In this document: piece by piece, positions 1-8,780 of the stretch
Layout of the letters: each line of letters starts with the position of its first letter
How positions within the stretch are numbered: position 1 is the first letter of the stretch
From: an uncultured Chloroflexia bacterium
GTDB lineage: Bacteria > Chloroflexota > Anaerolineae > Anaerolineales > Villigracilaceae
DNA: 24,000 bases
Assembly (NCBI GenBank): GCA_963831885.1
Contig: CAWHSJ010000008.1
Span: 154,922-178,921 of the forward strand
Direction of reading: 5' to 3'
Made by a program: the position numbers and the translations under genes
Notes under the pieces: generated by a model
Seen by the model: the letters and a program-made list of their open reading frames with translations, nothing else
Databases searched by the model: none
Told to the model about the DNA's origin: nothing

Positions 1-1458
1 GCGGGATCGACGTTGTTAATTCCATCGACGACCTTCACCCGATCTATTCCCGGCACATTGACCAAACCCACCCAGACTCCTTTCCTCTCGCCGATACCTG
101 AAAATGCGACAGTTACACCTACCACCAATCCAACCTTGGTCCAAATATTTAATTCCACTTTCGATCCAAAAACCGTTCTTACCCGCACGCCCGCCTCGCC
201 GCAAAAGTGCCCTACACCGAATCCAGGCTTGAAGCTCTTTCCGATCGACCCGAACGAAATACTGCACAATCGTTCAGCCTTTTTTCAAAAGGTGATGGAT
301 TTTCTCAATGCCGGCGGTAATCCTGATTTCATCCGGGATCATATTGTCGGATCGGAACCATCTCTTTGGGCTGAAGAGGATTTGACCGGCGATGGCGTTC
401 CGGAACTGGTCATGTCAATTTTTGGGGTGAATATTCTCATGTGCTCCGATGGGCAATATATAGCCGGGCTGCATCTAATGATTGGGGCTGATCCTTTCCC
501 CGGAACCGTCATCCTGGCAATAAAAGATATGAACCTGGATGGTGTGCCAGAGTTGGTCCTAAGAGGGAGCGTCATGTCCGCCGGCGTGATGATCTATCGC
601 ATACTTGAATGGAATGGAAAGGACTTCCATAGTTTGATTTGGAGTGAGCAGAAAATAGCCCCCTGGTTTTATACTTCGATCGGGCAGGCTATGAACTGGT
701 ATACCTATTGGAGTGATATTACTCTCTCTGCAGACGAAACAATAGTGCGTCCTTCAAGTACTGCTGCCGTCCGGGACACAGATGGCAATGGTACATTGGA
801 ATTGCTCATCCATAGCGATATCCCCGTTCCTCGGTATCTTTACGGAGGACCGTATAGAGAAACCACGGAGACGTACCAATGGAATGGGTTCTATTTTAGC
901 CTGGCCCAACTCGATATCGACCCCCCGGTGTATCGTTTCCAGGCCGTGGAAGACGCCGACCGGTTATCCCTCCTGGGGAAATATCAGCAAGCCATGGATT
1001 ACTATCAGGAGGTGATCTCCAGTAAGAAGTTGGCCGTTTGGTCACAGGACAACTATCATGCCCAATTTCTGGCGGAAAATAACGGAACTCCAACGCCGAC
1101 ATTTATACCATCCAACCAGGATGAATATGGTAATCTCGCCGCGTATGCTCTTTATCGCATTATGCTTCTGCAACTCCTTCAAAATGAATCCGGTGCCGCC
1201 AAAATTACGTATAACGATCTGGAAAAAACCTACCCTCAGGACCAACCGGGGCATCTTTATGACGAATTGGCAACCGTATTTTGGGAGAAATACAATGTTT
1301 CCCAAAATATGAGTGAAGCCTGCTCAGAGGCTATCCGTTTTGCAGAAGACCATAAGGATAATATCTATACGTATCTGGGAAATGCGCATGACTTAGCCAA
1401 CACACATGGCGGTCAAAGCCATAACTACACTTCCTGGGATCTATGTCCGTTCAAATGA
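1..1458 (+). CDS. 5'-truncated hypothetical extracellular protein with a Thr/Pro-rich linker, FG-GAP/VCBS-like DxDxDG motifs and a TPR-like C-terminus
   Basis: The frame is open from nt 1, and the listed ORF 13..1458 begins at an internal TTG, so the gene continues upstream of the window. The first ~80 aa are T/P-rich low complexity. There are three calcium-loop-like motifs: DLTGDGVPELV, DMNLDGVPELV and DTDGNGTLELL. The C-terminal segment AVEDADRLSLLGKYQQAMDYYQEVI looks TPR-like. I do not recognise a specific family. Confidence 0.55.
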   Translation, partial: AGSTLLIPSTTFTRSIPGTLTKPTQTPFLSPIPENATVTPTTNPTLVQIFNSTFDPKTVLTRTPASPQKCPTPNPGLKLFPIDPNEILHNRSAFFQKVMDFLNAGGNPDFIRDHIVGSEPSLWAEEDLTGDGVPELVMSIFGVNILMCSDGQYIAGLHLMIGADPFPGTVILAIKDMNLDGVPELVLRGSVMSAGVMIYRILEWNGKDFHSLIWSEQKIAPWFYTSIGQAMNWYTYWSDITLSADETIVRPSSTAAVRDTDGNGTLELLIHSDIPVPRYLYGGPYRETTETYQWNGFYFSLAQLDIDPPVYRFQAVEDADRLSLLGKYQQAMDYYQEVISSKKLAVWSQDNYHAQFLAENNGTPTPTFIPSNQDEYGNLAAYALYRIMLLQLLQNESGAAKITYNDLEKTYPQDQPGHLYDELATVFWEKYNVSQNMSEACSEAIRFAEDHKDNIYTYLGNAHDLANTHGGQSHNYTSWDLCPFK

Positions 1459-1772
1459 TGAGCCAGTATTCCAACATGGAAACGGGTAAGAATGTGCCCA
1501 AGGGCGGCAACAGCGGACCCTTGGAAGAGCACCAAAGACAGCTAACCGCGAAAGCCCATTCTCTCGGTCGAAAAGGAATCTCCCCCTCAGTCCCGAATTT
1601 CTATCAAAAAAACAACACTGTTTTAATATTGACATTAATTTCTCCGGCTATGATTACTTTTGCAACCCGCCTCGCAGGTTCTCGTAAATCAACCTGGATG
1701 AGCAACCCACCCTGCGGGACGTTTGGTCAAAGTTAATCTCTTCGTGAATGGCAATCATTTAGGAGAATCCTG

Positions 1773-3672
1773 ATGGAAACCACAACCGAGAACGGGGAAA
1801 TCCTCCCGGCTTCTGCTAAAGATAAAAACCCCCCCGTATCCTTCAGATCGGTCAACTGGAACCGCCTGTTCGGCTACCTGCAACCCTACCGCGGCCGCAT
1901 GGCCCTGGCCATGCTGGCGCTGCTGTTCTCCAGCGGCTTCGGCCTGGCCTTCCCCCTGGTCATCGTCCGCCTGCTGGATTCGGTCACCAAGGCCAAGGAT
2001 TTCGGCCTGCTCAACCTGCTGGCCGGCGTCCTGGTGGCGATGTTCCTGCTGCAGTCCGCCTTCACCTTCGCCCAATCCTACCTCCTGTCGTATATCGGCG
2101 AGCGAATCGTTTATGACCTGCGCACCTCGCTCTACCGCCACCTGCAGGCGCTCTCGCTGGACTTCTATGCCACCCGCCGGGTCGGCGACCTGGTCTCGCG
2201 TCTCTCCAGCGATGTGACCCAGATGCGGTCAATGCTCACCAGCAACCTGACCACCCTGCTCAGCCAGGTGATCGGGCTGGTTGGCTCCGTCACCATCCTG
2301 CTGACCCTCAACGCCCGCCTGACCCTGTTCATCCTCGGGCTGGTACCCTTGCTGGTGGCCATCGCCTTCTTCTTCGGGCGGACCATCCGCAAGAGCAGCA
2401 CCAAGATCCAGGATGAGCTGGCCGGGTCCACCGTGGTCGCCGAAGAGGGCCTGCAGGGCATCCGCGTGGTCAAGAGCTTCGGGCGGGAAGAGTACGAGAC
2501 CCGCCGCTACGATACTGCCATGGGAAAGACCTTCCGTGCCTCCATCAAAATGGCCGTCACCAATTCCGCCTTTTACGCGCTGATGACCTTCCTGGGCTTC
2601 ACCTCCATCGCCGCCATCATGTGGTACGGCGGCCGCCAGGTCATCGCCGGGCCACTTGAGCGTGGCCATGATCGCCGGCTTCCTGATCTATGGCATCTCC
2701 ATCGCCGCCAGCGTGGGCGGCCTGGCCGGCCTGTACGGGCAGTTGAATGCTGCCATCGGTGGGGTGGTGCGTGTCTTCGAGATCCTGGATACGCCGCCCA
2801 CCATCCACGATGAACCCGAGGCGCAGGCCATCCCCTCCAGCAACGGCCGCATCTCCTTCGAGAATGTCTGTTTCAGCTACGACGGCGGGGCCGTCGTCTT
2901 GCAGGATGTCTCCCTGGACATCCGCGCAGGCGAGATCCTGGCGCTGGTGGGACCCAGCGGGGCGGGCAAGAGCACCCTCTTCAACCTGATCCCCCGCTTC
3001 TATGACCCGAGCGAGGGCGTCATCCGCCTGGACGGGCGGGACCTGCGGTCCATTACCCAGGCCAGCCTGCGCGACCAGCTGGCCATCGTCCCGCAGGAGG
3101 CCATGCTCTTCGGCGGGACCATCCGCGAGAACATCCTCTATGGCCGCCTGGATGCAACCGAAGACGAGCTGGTTGCCGCCGCCAAAGCCGCCAACGCCCA
3201 CGATTTCATCACGGCCTTCCCCAAAGGCTATGAGACCCTGGTGGGGGAGCGGGGGACGAACCTGAGCGGCGGGCAGCGCCAGCGTATCGCCATCGCCCGC
3301 GCCATCCTGAAGGACCCGCGCATCCTCCTGCTGGATGAGGCCACCAGTTCGCTGGACAACGAATCCGAAGAACTGGTCCAGGAGGCCCTCAACCGCCTGA
3401 TGCAAAACCGTACGACCGTCATCATTGCCCACCGCCTCAGCACCATCAAGGTGGCCCACCGCATCGCCGTGCTGGAGACCGGCTGCATCCTCGAGCTGGG
3501 CACGCATGCCGAGTTGATGGAGAAGAACGGCCTGTACGCCCGCCTCTACTCCATGCAGTTTCGCAATCCAGAAGAGGACCTGGCGGCGCTGCTGGCCCGT
3601 TCCCAGGACGAATTTGCCGATGGGAAAAACACCTCCAGGAAACGCACCGGCCTCCTGAACATGCTGCGCTAA
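1773..3672 (+). pseudogene. ABCB-type (MsbA/multidrug-exporter-like) fused permease-ATPase, split by a single-base insertion near 2652 (true pseudogene or assembly error)
   Basis: ORF 1773..2813 encodes the six-TM domain. ORF 2656..3672 encodes the end of the TMD plus the NBD. NBD motifs: Walker [10 protein letters not shown], signature LSGGQRQRIAIARA, Walker B ILLLDEATSSLD, H-loop IIAHRLST. The frames join as ...MWYGGRQVIAG | HLSVAMIAGFLIY... if one C of GGGCCAC (2649-2655) is removed. Total length is 1900 nt, which is 3n+1. AGGAGA lies 7 nt upstream of ATG 1773. Confidence 0.9.
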
Positions 3673-3743
3673 TTCGTAGTAACGACTTCAGTCGTTCTCT
3701 TTCTGCGCTACTCGTAGTAACGACTTCAGTCGTTCCCTCTTTT
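3666..3743. repeat. Two tandem 39-bp repeats, each containing the hairpin AACGAC-TTCA-GTCGTT; probable tandem terminators of the ABC exporter gene
   Basis: Unit 1 (3666-3704) is GCGCTAATTCGTAGTAACGACTTCAGTCGTTCTCTTTCT. Unit 2 (3705-3743) is GCGCTACTCGTAGTAACGACTTCAGTCGTTCCCTCTTTT. The hairpins lie at 3681-3696 and 3719-3734, each followed by a pyrimidine-rich tail. The array starts within the last codons of the ABC gene. Confidence 0.7.
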
Positions 3744-3970
3744 CTTCTCGCCTCTCGTTTTCCATGGAGTGCAGGCCGTAGAGGCGACCCAACGGGTCGC
3801 CCCCACTTGTCTGCATTTCTAATTTGTTGTATATTGTCTGCAAGTCAGCCCTGGTCATTGGTGTGGACACACAACATAATTGCAGCCCCATACAAACCAT
3901 TCTTCAAGTATAAATATTCCGCCGGGTCAACGCTCAAACGCAAGTTGGGTAACTTAACTCAATAGGTGCA

Positions 3971-5512
3971 ATGACAAATCTTTCTCCCCTCGTCCTGGGC
4001 CTGGATTGCAGCACTTCCGCCTGCAAAGCGGTGGTGTGGGACTGCCGTGGAAATGCCGTCGCCAGCGGGCATAGTCCCTTGCCGCTGATCACACCTCAAC
4101 CTGCCTGGCATGAGCAGTCGGCCGGATCCTGGTGGGACTCAACGGCTCAGGCGATCCGCCAGGCGGTCAGCCAAGTGGACACCGGACGGTTGCGGGCTTT
4201 GTGCATCGCCGCCCAGCGCGAGACTTTTGTCCCGCTGGATGAGCAGGGCCGGCCGTTGGCCAATGCCATTCTGTGGATGGATGAACGCGCTCGTGACCTT
4301 CTGCCCGGCCTGGAGCAATCCTTCGGCCGGGAGGACTTCCACCGCCTGACCGGTAAACGGCTCTCGGTGAACCTGACGATCGCCAAGATCGCCTGGCTCA
4401 AGGAATTTCAACAGGATATTTTTGCCCGCACCGGCAGGTTTTTGGACGTACACGGCTTTCTGGTTCACCGTCTGACGGGCTTGTACCGCACCGGTTGGGG
4501 CTGTGCCGACCCAACCGGGCTGTTCGACATCCAAAACCATTGCTGGGCCGAAACTTTACTGGACCGGGTTGGCCTCCGGCCCGACCAGCTTCCTGAAGTT
4601 TTCCCGCCGGGGACGGTCGTGGGGACCGTCCTCGCCTCTGCTGCCGAAGCCTGTGGGCTGCCGGCGGGTTTGCCCGTGGTCGCGGGGATTGGCGATGGGC
4701 AGGCGAGCGGGTTGGGAGTCAACATCACCTCGCCCGGTGAGGCCTATTTGTCCCTGGGGACCTCGGTCGTCTCCGGCACTTACAGCAACCAGTATGTCTT
4801 CAACCCTGCTTTTCGGACCATGACCGGTGGGATACCCGGTTCATACCTGCTCGAAACAGTGCTGCTGGGTGGCGGCTATACCCTCGCCTGGTTCATGGAA
4901 AAGATGGCCGGCCAGCCTGGCCAGGATATCGCCCGGCTGCAGGAGTTCTACGACCGGGCCGCCGGCGCGCTGCCGCCCGGCAGCGCCGGCCTGCTGGCAG
5001 TCCCCTACTGGAACAGCGTCCTGGGCCCTTATTGGGACCCGGCGGCCAGCGGGATTGTCGTCGGCTGGCGTGGCTTTCATCAACTGCCACATCTCTACCG
5101 GGCTATTCTGGAGGGAGTGGCTTTCGAACAACGCTTGACCACCCTGGGGGTGGAGAAAGCGCTGGGCCAGGTTGTGGAGCGGTACATTGCCATTGGCGGC
5201 GGGGCGCAAAGTGATCTATGGTGCCAGATCATCGCGGACATTACGGATAAGCCGGTTTTTCGCCCTGTGGCTACCGAGGCGGCTGCGCTGGGCGCGGGCA
5301 TTCTGGCGGCTGCGGCCGCGGGATGTTATGCGGATGCCCGTCAAGCCGCCCAGGAAATGACCCGTCTCCTCCCTTCGCCCACTGAGCCCGATCCATCCCG
5401 CCATGAGCTTTACAACCGACTGTTTGAAGAGGTATACCGGCCTCTCTTTCCGGCATTGCAGCAAGTTCTGGACCGCCTGGCTTCCCTGACGAAGCTTGAC
5501 CCCTCGGGCTGA
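3971..5512 (+). CDS. FGGY-family carbohydrate kinase (xylulokinase-like)
   Basis: 513-aa intact ORF. The N-terminal LGLDCSTSACKAVVWD matches the FGGY N-domain phosphate-1 motif. GDGQASGLG and the C-terminal IAIGGGAQSDLWCQIIADITDKPV are typical of the FGGY C-domain. The sugar specificity cannot be determined from sequence alone. Confidence 0.85.
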   Translation: MTNLSPLVLGLDCSTSACKAVVWDCRGNAVASGHSPLPLITPQPAWHEQSAGSWWDSTAQAIRQAVSQVDTGRLRALCIAAQRETFVPLDEQGRPLANAILWMDERARDLLPGLEQSFGREDFHRLTGKRLSVNLTIAKIAWLKEFQQDIFARTGRFLDVHGFLVHRLTGLYRTGWGCADPTGLFDIQNHCWAETLLDRVGLRPDQLPEVFPPGTVVGTVLASAAEACGLPAGLPVVAGIGDGQASGLGVNITSPGEAYLSLGTSVVSGTYSNQYVFNPAFRTMTGGIPGSYLLETVLLGGGYTLAWFMEKMAGQPGQDIARLQEFYDRAAGALPPGSAGLLAVPYWNSVLGPYWDPAASGIVVGWRGFHQLPHLYRAILEGVAFEQRLTTLGVEKALGQVVERYIAIGGGAQSDLWCQIIADITDKPVFRPVATEAAALGAGILAAAAAGCYADARQAAQEMTRLLPSPTEPDPSRHELYNRLFEEVYRPLFPALQQVLDRLASLTKLDPSG

Positions 5513-5543
5513 CCGTTTCTGTTAAAAAAAGGCCACCCGACCG

Positions 5544-5562
5544 GCGCCTCCGGCCGGCGGCT
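5544..5562. repeat. 19-bp GC-rich direct repeat, copy 1 (GCGCCTCCGGCCGGCGGCT), within an imperfect hairpin
   Basis: It is identical to 6394-6412. It lies between the kinase stop codon and the methyltransferase start codon and is preceded by an A7 run. Confidence 0.8.
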
Positions 5563-5592
5563 TAACCTGTACACTCCCTGGAGAATGAACAG

Positions 5593-6354
5593 ATGAAATC
5601 CCTGACGCTTGCTGAACTAAAGCGAATAGCCCGTGCAAATGGCGAATTGGACGGATGGGATTTTTCTCGCCTCCATCTGGAGCGTGCTCCTGTATTGTGG
5701 GAATATGTTGACGTAGTCCGCTCATATCTTAAGCCGGCGGATCGCGTGCTGGATATCGGCACCGGGGGTGGTGAGATCTTCTTTTCACTGGCGCCGTTCT
5801 TTCGCGAAGGCATCGGTGTTGACCATAACCCAGCCATGGTCGAGACGGCCCAGCGCAATAAAGCCGCCATGTCAATCGATAACATTTCCTTGCTGAGAAT
5901 GGAAGGAGATGATTTGCGATTTGATGCAGAGGAATTTGATCTTGTCTTGCAGCGGCACTCACGGGTGTATGCCAGTGAAATTGTGCGTGTACTGCGTCCA
6001 GGCGGTTATTTCATCACCCAAACTGTCGGGAAACGCAGTTCACTTAACTTACTGGATGCGTTCGGTTGGACGCCCGCCAGCTTTGGACCAGATTGGTGGC
6101 AACCGGTGGCAGGGTTGGCTGACCAGTTCCGGCTGCAGGATTGTCACATTATCGCCCAGGCTGAATATGATGTTCCGTACTGGTTTAAAGATGTCGAGTC
6201 ATTCATGTTCTGGTTAATGGCTGTCCCCTGGCCGGAACCAATAGAGTTGGATAAACATTGGCAAAATATCAACCGGATCCTGGAGACATGTCAAACAGAA
6301 CGGGGGATTGAGACCAATGAGCATAGAGGCTTGTTGATCGCTCAAAAATTTTGA
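5593..6354 (+). CDS. Class I SAM-dependent methyltransferase
   Basis: 253-aa ORF. Motif I is VLDIGTGGGE, and the post-I/II region is DLVLQRHS...VLRPGGYFITQ. GGAGAA lies 7 nt upstream of the ATG. GC content is visibly lower than in the upstream kinase gene. Confidence 0.8.
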   Translation: MKSLTLAELKRIARANGELDGWDFSRLHLERAPVLWEYVDVVRSYLKPADRVLDIGTGGGEIFFSLAPFFREGIGVDHNPAMVETAQRNKAAMSIDNISLLRMEGDDLRFDAEEFDLVLQRHSRVYASEIVRVLRPGGYFITQTVGKRSSLNLLDAFGWTPASFGPDWWQPVAGLADQFRLQDCHIIAQAEYDVPYWFKDVESFMFWLMAVPWPEPIELDKHWQNINRILETCQTERGIETNEHRGLLIAQKF

Positions 6355-6380
6355 AATTGAGGCTCGCTGAGAATATTTGA

Positions 6381-6439
6381 AGCCGCCGGACAAGCGCCTC
6401 CGGCCGGCGGCTGCGCTCACTGCGCCCGCCGCGCGGGCG
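6381..6439. terminator. Two GC-rich hairpins between convergent genes, likely bidirectional terminators; the first contains copy 2 of the 19-bp repeat (6394-6412)
   Basis: Hairpin 1 pairs AGCCGCCGG (6381-6389) with CCGGCGGCT (6404-6412). Hairpin 2 is CGCCCGC-CGC-GCGGGCG (6423-6439) followed by TT. They lie between the methyltransferase (+, stop at 6354) and the YqhA-like gene (-, stop at 6485). Confidence 0.45.
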
Positions 6440-6484
6440 TTAACGCGGGATCCGGTTTGCGCGGTGTTCGAGAGAGGCATTGTC

Positions 6485-6937
6485 TCAATCTTTCCCACCG
6501 AAGTGACTAAGGGCAATGAGGGCTGCTGAAACTACGGCTACAGCGATCGCAAAGAGTAATGAGTTGTACGGGTCTTTCCACTCAACCAAGTGCTCAAGAA
6601 ACTTGACTACCATTACAAGGATAATCACTCCGCCAAGTTTACTTTTAAGTTCATGGAGATTATGGGCCAACATCCAGTCGGGAAGGGCAAGTTCGTTGAT
6701 AAAGAGCTCGTACATGCTTACCGCAAAGACGAATAGAGCAGTGGCAATAAGGAAACTGTCTACCAGTTCTATTAATGAAACAGCGATATACGGGTCTTGG
6801 CCGTAACTTGTGGCAATGACAATCATCGCGTTAACGGTCTTCACGGCGCCCCAACCAAACGCTGCTACCGATGCCAAAAGCAGAGAAATGACGCCAACGA
6901 TACTCAAGTACCTGGTTTTTTCAAGAAACTTTCCCAT
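6485..6937 (-). CDS. YqhA/UPF0114-family small inner-membrane protein
   Basis: 150-aa ORF with three or four TM segments. Its layout (N-terminal FLEKTRYLS..., a central SLIELVDSFLIATALFVF helix, and a C-terminal KSKLGGVIILVMVVKFLE) resembles YqhA as I recall it. Confidence 0.6.
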   Translation of the reverse strand: MGKFLEKTRYLSIVGVISLLLASVAAFGWGAVKTVNAMIVIATSYGQDPYIAVSLIELVDSFLIATALFVFAVSMYELFINELALPDWMLAHNLHELKSKLGGVIILVMVVKFLEHLVEWKDPYNSLLFAIAVAVVSAALIALSHFGGKD

Positions 6938-7542
6938 TCAAATCTCCCTAAGGCTTGCGGCCCTCATTTTTCTTATAATCCGGAATTGCTGTGCCGGGTC
7001 AGCCATTTTTCTTTCCTTATGCTTGCTCTTCTGGCCGTCCAATGGCATAGTTCAGTGGCAGCGGCAGAACTGGTGATACTCACTCCATTTTAGCGCTATT
7101 TCTGGCAAAAACGCGCTCGCCATCCCAGGTTTGATCTTTCTCGCAGTACCTGCCAGTCGTATCCTCGGGCTGGATGCATGGTTGCATCCACGCCTTCAGG
7201 CCGGAGCAAAAAAGTGAAATTGGCTGGTGAAAATCCTATTGTACCTGACCTGATCCCAAGAGTTGAGCCGGGAATATGCGTATTCAAGGGGAAATATAAC
7301 TTACCTTGAAATTCAAGTTCGAATGACGGAGTTTCAAGATATAATTTCTCCTACATTCGGTTTGGATAACAATGGGCTCGAAACCTGCTCACTTCCATCC
7401 TGAAGAACGAGTAAGCCCATGTCGACTTTCTTAAGGCCAGTAGAACAGATCAATTGATGAGGATCCAAATCCAACTTCTGCGCAGGCGAAAAAAAGTTCG
7501 GTCAACCCATTTCTGTTTTAGGATATCAAAGGAGGTCCTACC

Positions 7543-8311
7543 ATGTCTGAAGAAAGAACATATACAGGATTGCGTCGCTTTAACCTGGTGATGGGCTTCC
7601 TGCACCTGGCGCAGGGCATCTTTATGATCGCCATCAGCAACGCCACCACCTTCCCGGTCTACACTAACTTTCTGCGCTTTGACCACGCAGAAGATGACCC
7701 TGGTTCCCAACCCGACCCTGGCGTACAACCTGCGCTTCGGCCCGGCAGTGGCGGTTTTCCTGCTGCTCTCCGCCCTGGCCCACTTTGCCCTGTCCACCTT
7801 CGGGTACAAGTGGTATGTGGCCAAGCTGAAGAGCGGGATGAACCCGGCCCGCTTCTATGAATACGCACTGAGCTCTTCGCTGATGATCGTGCTGATCGGC
7901 ATGCTGGTCGGTGTGTCCGACCTGGGGGCTTTGATCCTGATGTTTGGCGTCAACGCCATGATGAACCTGTTCGGCATCATGATGGAATTGCACAACCAGA
8001 CTACCAAGAAAACGGACTGGACTGCATACATTTATGGCTGCCTGGCCGGGATCATCCCCTGGATTGTGATCTTTATGTACTTCTATGGATCGCTCGGTTC
8101 CTCGGATGCCAAACCGCCCGCGTTCGTGTATGCCATCGTCCCGACCATCTTCGTGTTCTTCAGCATCTTTGCCGTCAACATGGTGCTGCAATACAAAAAG
8201 GTCGGTCCCTGGAAGGACTATCTCTTCGGGGAACGCATGTATATCGTCCTGAGCCTGCTCGCCAAGACCGCCCTGGCCTGGCAGATCTGGGTTGGCACTC
8301 TCCGGCCCTGA
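7543..8311 (+). pseudogene. Heliorhodopsin (about 255 aa), interrupted by a single-base insertion around 7678-7682 (true pseudogene or assembly error)
   Basis: ORF 7543..7860 (MSEERTYTGLRRFNLVMGFLHLAQGIFMIAISN...) and ORF 7679..8311 join into one 7-TM protein. That protein is collinear with heliorhodopsin 48C12 as I recall it. RFYEYALSSSLMIVLIG corresponds to RWVEYSLSSSVMIVLIA, which carries the counterion Glu. GERMYIVLSLLAKTALAWQIWVGTL corresponds to GERAYIVLSLVAKSALAWQIFSGTL, which carries the Schiff-base Lys. The His residues in FLHLAQ and LAHF are present. AGGAGG lies 7 nt upstream of the ATG. Length is 769 nt, which is 3n+1. Confidence 0.9.
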
Positions 8312-8332
8312 TCAATATCACCAAATCAAGCA

Positions 8333-8367
8333 GGCCCCCACGGTCACAATGACCGTGGAGGCCTTTT
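8333..8367 (+). terminator. Rho-independent terminator of the heliorhodopsin gene
   Basis: The sequence is GGCC-c-CCACGGTCA caa TGACCGTGG-a-GGCC followed by TTTT. That gives a 13-bp stem with one mismatch and a 3-nt loop, 22 nt after the stop codon. Confidence 0.8.
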
Positions 8368-8421
8368 GCTTTCCAATGAACTGGGTTACATCAGGTACAT
8401 CTTGCACAACCTGGGCGAGAG

Positions 8422-8766
8422 CTAGAGCACCAGAATTACCCCGAAGACCACTTCCACCGCCAGGCTGATGATGTTGGACTGCACCACCGATTTATCCAGG
8501 AACATGGAAACGGTCCGCACGAGGGCAATGGCCAGGTACATGATACCCAGGGCTTGATAGACCGCCGGGGTCCCAAGGATGAAGGGGGCGATGCCCAGGC
8601 CGATGAACAGGGCACCCATCACGGCCCGGATCTCGGTGATGCCGCGCGGCCCGGTGGCTTCCAGGCCGGTGAAACCCTTGATCGAACGCGGCGCCAGCAG
8701 CGAGATGAAGCCGGTCGCCACAGTCCCGACGGCGCAAATGATTTTTAGGATTTGCAGGATATTCAT
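8422..8766 (-). CDS. DUF4345-like small four-TM membrane protein
   Basis: 114-aa ORF with four hydrophobic helices. The central ITEIRAVMGALFIGLGI matches the EIRA..G.L..GLG pattern I associate with DUF4345. Confidence 0.6.
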   Translation of the reverse strand: MNILQILKIICAVGTVATGFISLLAPRSIKGFTGLEATGPRGITEIRAVMGALFIGLGIAPFILGTPAVYQALGIMYLAIALVRTVSMFLDKSVVQSNIISLAVEVVFGVILVL

Positions 8767-8780
8767 GGGTTTTCTCCAGC

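Noticed and set aside
2645-2660. Programmed ribosomal frameshifting as an explanation for the split ABC, heliorhodopsin and DUF1475 genes.
   Set aside because: I see no slippery heptamer or downstream stimulatory structure. All three need the same trivial correction, deletion of one base at a short homopolymer. These families are not known to use recoding.
2641-3507. Long antisense ORFs inside high-GC genes. Examples are 2641..3507 (-, 288 aa), 1755..2141 (-), 7664..8191 (-), 9105..9851 (-), 4139..4540 (-) and 21658..22818 (+, 386 aa).
   Set aside because: These are shadow ORFs opposite well-supported genes. Their translations are low-complexity and rich in Gly, Ala, Arg, Pro, Gln, Asp and Glu, with no recognisable motifs. 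Stop-codon depletion in GC-rich DNA explains them.
3666-3743. A possible miniature CRISPR array (two direct repeats with internal dyad symmetry).
   Set aside because: There are only two units. They are directly abutting with no spacer. There are no cas genes in the window. The location right after a stop codon fits terminator hairpins instead.
3688-3900. A 70-aa minus-strand ORF in the gap between the ABC exporter and the kinase.
   Set aside because: It is built largely from the tandem repeat and hairpin sequences. It has no ribosome-binding site and a low-complexity, charged C-terminus. It is most likely non-coding.
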